Shown here: positions 58,101 to 64,000 of the stretch, one piece after another | Layout: every line of letters begins with the position of its first letter | Numbering within the stretch: the first letter of the stretch is position 1 | DNA from: Macrostomum hystrix | Lineage: Eukaryota; Animalia; Platyhelminthes | Length of the DNA stretch: 64,000 bases | NCBI GenBank assembly: GCA_950097015.1 | Contig: CATNEN010000033.1 | Span: 310,001 to 374,000 of the forward strand | Reading direction: 5' to 3' | The notes under the pieces: generated by a model | The model's database searches: none | The model's input: only the letters and a program-made list of their open reading frames with translations | Told to the model about the DNA's origin: nothing | Translations under genes and position numbers: made by a program

Positions 58101-60685
58101 AGAGATCGATAAGAGTCATTTACGTTGGAGCAAAAATTCATTTTTTGGCCGATAATACAGCGCATGATATTTTCTTATTAATAAAAAAATTAGGGTATTT
58201 AATTTATGGTTTTAAAAAGTCTACTTGGAAACAAGGAGTGAAAATTCATCTTCACTCCTTGTTGTGCTTGTAATTATTAAAGATAGACACCTGTAATGAT
58301 TGAAGATGGACACCTGTAATTATTGAAGATAGACACCTGTAATGACTGAAGATGGACACCTGTAATGACTGAAGATGGGCACTTGTAATGATTGATGATG
58401 GACACCTGTAATGATTGAAGATGGACACCTGTAATGACTGAAGATGGACACCTGTAATGATTGAAGATGGACACCTGTAATGACTGAAGATGGACACCTG
58501 TAATGACTGAAGATGGACACCTGTAATGACTGAAGATAGACACCTGTAATGACTGAAGATGGACACCTGTAATGACTGAAGATGGGCACCTGTAATGACT
58601 GAAGATGGACACCTGTAATGACTGAAGATAGACACTTGTAATGATTGATGATGGACACCTGTAATGATTGAAGATGGACACCTGTAATGATTGAAGATGG
58701 ACACTTGTAATGACTGAAGATGGACACCTGTAATGACTGAAGATGGACACTTGTAATGATTGATGATGGACACCTGTAATGATTGAAGATGGACACCTGT
58801 AATGACTGAAGATGGACACCTGTAATGACTGAAAATTGGCACACCTGTAATAACAGAATATTGTAAGTTCTTGAAGACATGCTGAAAAGGGAATAACTAA
58901 ATGACACCATTACCTAGTCCATCTCCTTGACCATTCAATTAATCTATTTGGTCGCATGGTAACAATCCCCAAGGTTTTGCTGGCCTTTCTGCGTGTGTGT
59001 GTTTCTGCCAGCAAATGGACCCGCTAGCCCGTTAATGTAGTCTGGAATTAGTCAATCAGAGCATAAAAAAGAAAGTAATTTTTCTCTCTGTGCGGTTCAA
59101 GTCATCAGAGCGGACTCAGAAGCTGATCCAACTGATAAGAGAAAGCCTTTCTACTCGTAAATTCATTCCTAATGAATTTGAAATGAAATGGACTGTGTCA
59201 TTAGTTCGGGGAGTGTACAGATGCCGATCTGGTCTGGTTGGTTAAGAAAGTGTATATTAAAACAATAATTTCGTGATCATTTAGTTAAACTCTATAACTA
59301 TATATTGACTAGCCTTTATGTTTTATAATCTACTCGGGTTTTCTAGGAAAATATAATTTATGACCCCTGAGTGGCAGGTGGTGCAAGGGGAGTGGTAGTG
59401 CCAAAATAATATTTTGAATAGTTTGAATTCGCTTGTAGCTGACACTGAAGCTCAAATCTGTTGTCAGTTCGTGCACAACTACAGGCTATATCAGCTGTCT
59501 CTAGCCTGTCGATTTTTCATTTGCTAATTTTTATTGTCGAACTGTATGATCCTGTCTTTACACTATAATTGTATTTTGCTATGCTATACTGCTATACCTA
59601 CTCTGCATATTATGCTAATCTAGTTGTTAGTCCAGTGCCAAATGTAGTTGTTGGTCCAGTACCAAATCTATTTGTTGGTCCAGTACCAAATCTAGTTGTT
59701 GGTCCAGTACCAAATGTAGTTGTTAGTCCAGTACCAAATCTAGTTGTTTGTCCAGTACCAAATCTAGTTGTTAGTCCAGTACCAAATCTAGTTGTTTGTC
59801 CAGTACCAAATCTAGTTGTTTGTCCAGTACCAAATGTAGCTGTTAGTCCAGTACCAAATCTAGCTGTCAGTCCAGTACCAAATCTAGTTGTTAGTCCAGT
59901 ACCAAATCTAGCTGTCAGTCCAGTACCAAATCTAGTTGTTGGTCCAGTACCAAATCTAGCTGTCAGTCCAGTACCAAATCTAGCTGTCAGTCCAGTACCA
60001 AATCTAGCTGTCAGTCCAGTACCAAATCTAGCTGTCAGTCCAGTACCAAATCTAGTTGTTAGTCCAGTACCAAATCTAGCTGTCAGTCCAGTACCAAATC
60101 TAGTTGTTGGTCCAGTACCAAATCTAGCTGTCAGTCCAGTACCAAATCTAGCTGTCAGTCCAGTACCAAATCTAGCTGTCAGTCCAGTACCAAATCTAGC
60201 TGTTAGTCCAGTACCAAATCCGTTCCAAACCTTGGCAGGTTCGTCTCGCCTCGAACGTGGACGTTAAGCGTCGCTGGCTCAACCTGGCCGCTCAGCTGAC
60301 CCACGAGCAGGCCGTCTGGCACCGGCCGGCCACTGACGTGCCGCCGTCCTGGCAGATCGATCCCACCGAGGGACCGTCGCGAGTTCGAGTCCGCCTGAGG
60401 CGCTGCCACACCGGCCTGGCAGCCAGATTCTTCAAGCCCGCAGCCAAATGGAAGGCCGAATGGGACCCGGCTGGCGGCCCGCTGACCTTCCTTTTCAAGG
60501 AGGACCGCCTAAACGAGGACGCCTCTGCCACGCTGTTCCAGCTGCATCGTAACGACAAGATTCGGCTCAACCGACGCTGCCTGTCCGTGGCCGCGTCAGC
60601 CGAGACGCCGGGCGAGTTTCTCATTGGCGAACGGTGCATGTACTTTGTTGGCGACGACACGGTGTGGGATTCTAGCAGGGCTCAG
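19086..60685 (+). CDS. LYST: Lysosomal trafficking regulator (BEACH family), 18 coding exons, 3' partial
   Basis: All exons join in phase (3128 codons). Motifs match recalled LYST sequence: LVREFIADINACC and LCNYLLRDRGWLIL at the N-terminus, HRLCDYSFYANHH, RWSFLSLY, DIWASYERLF, IGGVALFKG, LHPPASTYVC, WQIDPTEGPSRVRVRLRRC, and PH start IRLNRRCLSVAASAETPGEFLIG. Confidence 0.93.
19215..19523 (+). mobile_element. tRNA-derived SINE (family A) in LYST intron 1
   Basis: A-box TGGCAGAGCAGT at 19224, B-box-like GAGCTCGATTCC and an (ATT)n tail; the 3' ~105 bp has a second copy at 53836-53949. Confidence 0.7.
19554..19799 (+). CDS. LYST: LYST exon 2
   Basis: ccccgcag| ... |GTGAGT; KPVYLNKFL...VREFIADINACC...RDRGWLIL resembles the LYST N-terminus. 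Confidence 0.88.
19840..21356. repeat. 27-bp minisatellite, intron 2
   Basis: Unit GTGTGACTGCTGATCCCATCCAGTTGT. Confidence 0.95.
21454..21541 (+). CDS. LYST: LYST exon 3
   Basis: tttttgcag| ... G|GTAAGC; EASDCFDFASILVSIFKMMGDYKENFKAS; phase 0 to 1. Confidence 0.8.
21680..22282 (+). CDS. LYST: LYST exon 4 (low complexity, poly-Ala)
   Basis: tctcaacag|, in frame with ORF 21697; donor G|GTGATT; phase 1 to 1. Confidence 0.78.
22400..22596. repeat. About 22-bp minisatellite, intron 4
   Basis: Unit GATTGTAGGATTAACGATGAAT. Confidence 0.85.
22678..23165 (+). CDS. LYST: LYST exon 5
   Basis: ttgtcag| ... CTT|GTGAGT; helical segment ILLVSLLCQLC...LFDSLFQL; phase 1 to 0. Confidence 0.85.
23200..23770. 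repeat. Degenerate GGATTTCCC-based repeat, intron 5
   Basis: Many diverged GGATTTCC(C) units. Confidence 0.75.
23843..24277 (+). CDS. LYST: LYST exon 6
   Basis: ccccgccag| ... TAC|GTGAGT; HRLCDYSFYANHHCD resembles recalled LYST RRCEYSHFMHHH. Confidence 0.88.
24305..25235. repeat. 18-bp minisatellite, intron 6
   Basis: Unit CTATCCCATCTACCCTTT, with a TCCCC variant. Confidence 0.95.
25251..25763 (+). CDS. LYST: LYST exon 7
   Basis: ttcattgcag| ... CGC|GTGAGT; RWSFLSLYTGLVLDSD; phase 0 to 0. Confidence 0.87.
25790..26210. repeat. 15-bp minisatellite, intron 7
   Basis: Unit AGAGTGACAATCCAG. Confidence 0.92.
26247..26772 (+). CDS. LYST: LYST exon 8
   Basis: cctaatttag| ... G|GTAATG; in frame with ORF 26271; phase 0 to 1. 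Confidence 0.82.
26800..27118. repeat. 20-bp minisatellite, intron 8
   Basis: Unit GTCACTCCTGTCATCATTCC. Confidence 0.92.
27123..27400 (+). CDS. LYST: LYST exon 9
   Basis: atcccgcag| ... CGG|GTCAGC; DIWASYERLFLQSPSFRRRFIDVNGFSGAYRLL. This frame is absent from the ORF track. Confidence 0.85.
27480..28230. repeat. 15-bp minisatellite, intron 9
   Basis: Unit AGAGTGACAATAGAA grading into AGAGTGACATATGAA. Confidence 0.92.
28318..28497 (+). CDS. LYST: LYST exon 10
   Basis: tatttctag| ... ATG|GTGAGT; phase 0 to 0. Confidence 0.78.
29240..29433. repeat. 15-bp minisatellite, intron 10
   Basis: Unit TCTATCCCACACCA(T). Confidence 0.88.
29441..29884 (+). CDS. LYST: LYST exon 11
   Basis: cacccgcag| ... 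GAG|GTAAGG; phase 0 to 0. Confidence 0.82.
29975..30095. repeat. G/T-rich degenerate repeat, intron 11
   Basis: Repeated GGTGGGTGTTTGTGGAGGG. Confidence 0.8.
30268..30462 (+). CDS. LYST: LYST exon 12
   Basis: aaacgcag| ... CGT|GTGAGT; DILDTLLAAG...LLQMARAD; 65 codons. Confidence 0.82.
30566..30848 (+). CDS. LYST: LYST exon 13 (start of ConA-like lectin region)
   Basis: ccccgcag| ... A|GTGAGT; WPASTQCGFTLSFWI is typical of the ConA-like domain of BEACH proteins. Confidence 0.83.
32735..32985. repeat. 21-bp minisatellite, intron 13
   Basis: Unit CTCAGATTCGGGATTGCTATT. Confidence 0.92.
33040..33772. repeat. 18-bp minisatellite, intron 13
   Basis: Unit GAATGGGATCTGTATTCA. Confidence 0.95.
33802..34281 (+). 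CDS. LYST: LYST exon 14 (ConA-like region)
   Basis: gtccgcag| ... G|GTGAGC; LLHLATL, WCHATV, YQIGGVALFKG; phase 1 to 1. Confidence 0.86.
34338..39922. repeat. 31-bp minisatellite, about 180 copies, intron 14
   Basis: Unit AAAGTCTAGTCCCTTCATTCTCCCACATCTC. Confidence 0.97.
40452..41160. repeat. 20-bp minisatellite, intron 14
   Basis: Unit AGGAGTGAAATGTGGCAAGT. Confidence 0.95.
41745..42320. repeat. 20-22-bp minisatellite followed by a related short array
   Basis: CTGTCTGTCCCCGAGACACCC, then TCCCTCAATCTGTCCTTCTGAC. Confidence 0.92.
42888..43075. repeat. GA-rich repeat
   Basis: Repeated GGGAGAAGTAGAGAGAGAGA. Confidence 0.9.
43560..44420. repeat. 22-bp minisatellite
   Basis: Unit CAGCTAGCATATGACCTCTTCT, preceded by 20-bp CAGCTGACAAA precursor-like units. 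Confidence 0.93.
44761..44774. promoter_or_regulatory. RFX X-box-like motif
   Basis: GTAACCATAGTAAC fits the X-box consensus GTHNYY-AT-RRNAAC. Confidence 0.45.
45062..45695. repeat. 12-bp minisatellite
   Basis: Unit GAACTCACTCAT. Confidence 0.93.
45911..47404 (+). CDS. LYST: LYST exon 15
   Basis: cacccacag| ... T|GTGAGT; EWALTLCGLGPDWASL continues directly from exon 14; ends LHPPASTYVCFDSNKFYFSL. Confidence 0.9.
48370..48985. repeat. 24-bp minisatellite containing TGACGTCA, intron 15
   Basis: Unit TGACGTCATTAGTGCCATCCTCAA. Confidence 0.94.
49505..52600. repeat. 29-bp minisatellite with higher-order structure, intron 15
   Basis: Unit GGCAGGGCTGAGGCAACCCATAGACTATT, four recurrent variants. 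Confidence 0.96.
53054..53326 (+). CDS. LYST: LYST exon 16 (Ser-rich)
   Basis: ccgtccgcag| ... G|GTAAGT; phase 1 to 1; low complexity, so homology support is weak. Confidence 0.7.
53436..53500 (+). mobile_element. Diverged head of the family-B SINE-like element
   Basis: TTAGTGG...ATGATCAGAAGGTCGGGAGTTCGAATT...GGAAAAAATT resembles 5010-5080. Confidence 0.4.
53592..53685. repeat. 13-bp tandem repeat, intron 16
   Basis: Unit TACATACTGGCTG. Confidence 0.9.
53836..53949 (-). mobile_element. 3' end of family-A SINE or of its partner element
   Basis: Reverse complement CAGGAGTCAGCGAAACGGGCAGCATTGCCTCCTCGCCGGCTGC...GCCATTGCCCGCAG...(ATT)n aligns with 19419-19523. Confidence 0.7.
54204..56548 (+). 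CDS. LYST: LYST exon 17 (long helical/ARM-like region)
   Basis: attctgcag| ... AAG|GTGGGT; in frame with ORF 54281; ends AQNAQRKRLLDDMK. Confidence 0.9.
56572..57897. repeat. 30-bp minisatellite, intron 17
   Basis: Unit GTCTGTAACAGTCTGTGCCAGTCTATGTGT. Confidence 0.96.
58280..58852. repeat. 23-bp minisatellite, intron 17
   Basis: Unit GATGGACACCTGTAATGACTGAA. Confidence 0.94.
59615..60220. repeat. 24-bp minisatellite, intron 17
   Basis: Unit AGTCCAGTACCAAATCTAGTTGTT; ends 18 nt before exon 18. Confidence 0.94.
60239..60685 (+). CDS. LYST: LYST exon 18 (pre-PH segment and start of PH domain)
   Basis: cttggcag| ... CAG|GTAAGA; RRWLNLAAQLTHEQAVW, WQIDPTEGPSR, IRLNRRCLSV...GEFLIGERCMYFV. Confidence 0.93.
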
Positions 60686-60754
60686 GTAAGATATCTTTGC
60701 TGATCGATAATACTTTGGGATCGATAATACATATAGTGCTTCTTTGAAGGTCGA

Positions 60755-62405
60755 TTGTGATCACTATTTGAGGATCGATAGTGATCCCTATTTGAGGATC
60801 GATAGTGATCCCTATTTGAGGATCGATAGTTATCCCTATTTGAGTATCGATAGTTATCCCTATTTGAGGATCGATAGTGATCCCTATTTGAGGATCGATA
60901 GTGATCCCTATTTGAGGATCGATAGTTATCCCTATTTGAGTATCGATAGTTATCCCTATTTGAGGATCGATAGTGATCCCTATTTGAGGATCGATAGTTA
61001 TCCCTATTTGAGTATCGATAGTGATCCCTATTTGTGGATCGATAGTGATCCCTATTTGAGGATCGATAGTGATCCCTATTTGAGGATCGATAGTTATCCC
61101 TATTTGAGTATCGATAGTGATCCCTATTTGAGGATCCATAGTGATCCCTATTTAAGGATCGATAGTGATCCCTATTTGAGTATCGATAGTGATCCCTATT
61201 TGAGGATCCATAGTGATCCCTATTTGTGGATCGATAGTGATCCCTATTTGAGGATCGATAGTTATCCCTATTTGAGGATCCATAGTGATCCCTATTTGAG
61301 TATCGATAGTGATCCCTATTTGAGTATCGATAGTTATCCCTATTTGAGTATCGATAGTGATCCCTATTTGAGTATCCGTAGTGATCCCTATTTGTGGATC
61401 GATAGTGATCCCTATTTGAGGATCGATAGTGATCCCTATTTGAGGATCGATAGTTATCCCTATTTGAGTATCGATAGTTATCCCTATTTGAGTATCGATA
61501 GTGATCCCTATTTGAGTATCGATAGTGATCCCTATTTGAGTATCGATAGTGATCCCTATTTGAGTATCGATAGTGATCCCTATTTGAGTATCGATAGTGA
61601 TCCCTATTTGAGTATCGATAGTGATCCCTATTTGAGGATCCATAGTGATCCCTATTTGTGGATCGATAGTGATCCCTATTTGAGTATCCGTAGTGATCCC
61701 TATTTGAGGATCGATAGTGATCCCTATTTGAGTATCGATAGTGATCCCTATTTGAGTATCCGTAGTGATCCCTATTTGTGGATCGATAGTGATCCCTATT
61801 TGAGGATCGATAGTGATCCCTATTTGAGGATCGATAGTGATCCCTATTTGAGGATCGATAGTGATCCCTATTTGAGGATCGATAGTGATCCCTATTTGAG
61901 GATCGATAGTTATCCCTATTTGAGGATCGATAGTTATCCCTATTTGAGTATCGATAGTGATCCCTATTTGAGGATCGATAGTGATCCCTATTTGAGGATC
62001 GATAGTTGTCCCTATTTGAGTATCGATAGTGATCCCTATTTGAGGATCGATAGTGATCCCTATTTGTGGATCGATAGTGATCCCTATTTGAGGATCGATA
62101 GTGATCCCTATTTGAGGATCGATAGTGATCCCTATTTGTGGATCGATAGTGATCCCTATTTGAGTATCGATAGTGATCCCTATTTGAGTATCGATAGTGA
62201 TCCCTATTTGAGGATCGATAGTGATCCCTATTTGAGGATCCATAGTGATCCCTATTTGTGGATCGATAGTGATCCCTATTTGAGGATCGATAGTGATCCC
62301 TATTTGAGGATCGATAGTGATCCCTATTTGAGGATCGATAGTGATCCCTATTTGAGGATCGATAGTGATCCCTATTTGAGGATCCGTAGTGATCCCTATT
62401 TAAGG
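60755..62405. repeat. 24-bp minisatellite, intron 18
   Basis: Unit GATAGTGATCCCTATTTGAGGATC. Confidence 0.96.
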
Positions 62406-62929
62406 AGCCCCTGTTTGCTTTTGATAATGATCCTTAATGAATTTGTATCATCCCCAGAGCATCATGTTATACTTAAGCAGTCTTGTTCTTGGGACATAGT
62501 TTTTCGTAGACAGTTCTTAAATATGAGACCGCTGATGAATTGTACCGCTGTGCGGCTGTTGCTCACGAAAGATTTCCTTAAAAGGCTGCTGGCCCAGTGT
62601 GGGGTAAAACTGATAATAATTTCTAAATGAGCCCCTCCCTAAGTGAAGTTAGAAAATGACTCTCGTGAGACAGAGGAGCATTGCTGGTCTCTAGCCAGTG
62701 ATTTTTTGTTTAATTTATTACTGCCTTTATTATAAGCTGTCTCGGGTACAGTCCGTATGGGATTCTATTTCGAGTCGCGAATATCAGTTTGATATGTGCT
62801 CAGCCCTATAATTCATGATAAAGTACAAGTCTGCTCAACGTTCGTGTTTTAGCATTTTATTACTATCTGCAAATTTATCACTTTGGACTTGCGGACTATC
62901 CTTAATGAACCCTTTATCCCTTCTCTGCT

Positions 62930-63755
62930 TCTGTCTTCTCCCCTTCTCTTCTCCCCTTGTCTCTTCTCCGCTTCTCTTCTCCCTTTCTCTCTTCTCTCCC
63001 TTCCCTCTTCTCCCTTTCTCTCTTCTCTCCCTTCCCTCTTCTCCCTTTCTCTCTTCTCTCCCTTCTCTCTTCTATCCCTTCTCTCTTCTCCCTTTCTCTC
63101 TTCTCTCCCTTCTCTCTTCTATCCCTTCTCTCTTCTCCCTTTCTCTCTTCTCTCCCTTCTCTCTTCTATCCCTTCTCTCTTCTCCCTTTCTCTCTTCTAT
63201 CCCTTCTCTCTTCTATCCCTTCTCTCTTCTCCCTTTCTCTCTTCTCTCCCTTCTCTCTTCTATCCCTTCTCTCTTCTCCCTTTCTCTCTTCTATCCCTTC
63301 TCTCTTCTATCCCTTCTCTCTTCTATCCCTTCTCTCTTCTCCCTTTCTCTCTTCTCTCCCTTTCTCTCTTCTATCCCTTCTCTCTTCTCCCTTTCTCTCT
63401 TCTCTCCCTTCTCTCTTCTATCCCTTCTCTCTTCTCCCTTTCTCTCTTCTATCCCTTCTCTCTTCTCCCTTTCTCTCTTCTCCCTTTCTCTCTTCTATCC
63501 CTTCTCTCTTCTCCCTTTCTCTCTTCTATCCCTTCTCTCTTCTCCCTTTCTCTCTTCTCCCTTTCTCTCTTCTATCCCTTCTCTCTTCTCCCTTTCTCTC
63601 TTCTCCCTTTCTCTCTTCTCTCTTTCTCTCTTCTCTCCTTTATCTCCTCCTTCTCTCTTCTCCCCTTCTCTTTTCTCACCTTTCTGTCTTCTCCCCTTTC
63701 TGTCTTCTCCCCCTTCTCTCTTCTCCCCCTTTCTGTCTTCTCCCCCTTCTCTCTT
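62930..63755. repeat. CT-rich compound repeat, intron 18
   Basis: Mixed TCTCTTCTATCCCT and TCTCTTCTCCCTT units. Confidence 0.92.
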
Positions 63756-64000
63756 GCCCCCTCCCTGTCCTGGGTGTCTCATCCAACGCATGGTGTCCAA
63801 CGCGGACCTGTTGGGCGCCTCTCAGTCTGCGTATAGGGGCTCCCCTGTGGCTAGTAAAGTTAGTTGTTTGCGGCACACAAGTAATCAGTGCTGTTTCTTG
63901 CGGACCCTTCATATCAGTCTATCCTAGAAACTGGCCCACACTCTCCATTTAACTCAATTATTCTGCTGTCCCTTTTCTGTGTCTTCTCCTTTTTCTATCT

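Noticed and set aside
60744-62630. 628-aa ORF (RIDSDPYL)n and its antisense ORFs
   Set aside because: Translation of the 24-bp array; the unique tail lacks the expected continuation of the PH domain.
63740-63930. Next LYST exon near the window end
   Set aside because: No frame resembles the expected PH continuation, and splice signals are unconvincing.

Overview
This is eukaryotic (metazoan) genomic DNA. GC-rich exons with poly-Ala/Gly inserts and introns packed with minisatellites resemble the flatworm Macrostomum, but that is an inference from style only. The main feature is a + strand LYST (Beige/CHS1, BEACH family) gene. I reconstructed 18 coding exons from 19086 to 60685, all with AG/GT boundaries and matching phases (9384 nt, 3128 codons). 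The model runs from the start codon into the PH domain; the rest of PH, BEACH and WD40 should lie beyond the window. About 30 different tandem arrays (units of 12-53 bp) fill the introns and upstream region and explain almost all long ORFs in the track. Also present are tRNA-derived SINE-like elements, a decayed non-LTR 3' end and decayed Penelope-like fragments. The best leads are minisatellites private to each intron and abutting splice sites, an RFX X-box with a possible nested antisense gene in intron 14, and a foldback-like inverted satellite pair at the window start. No CRISPR array, rRNA or intact tRNA was found. Homology statements are from recalled motifs, not database searches, and repeat boundaries are approximate.
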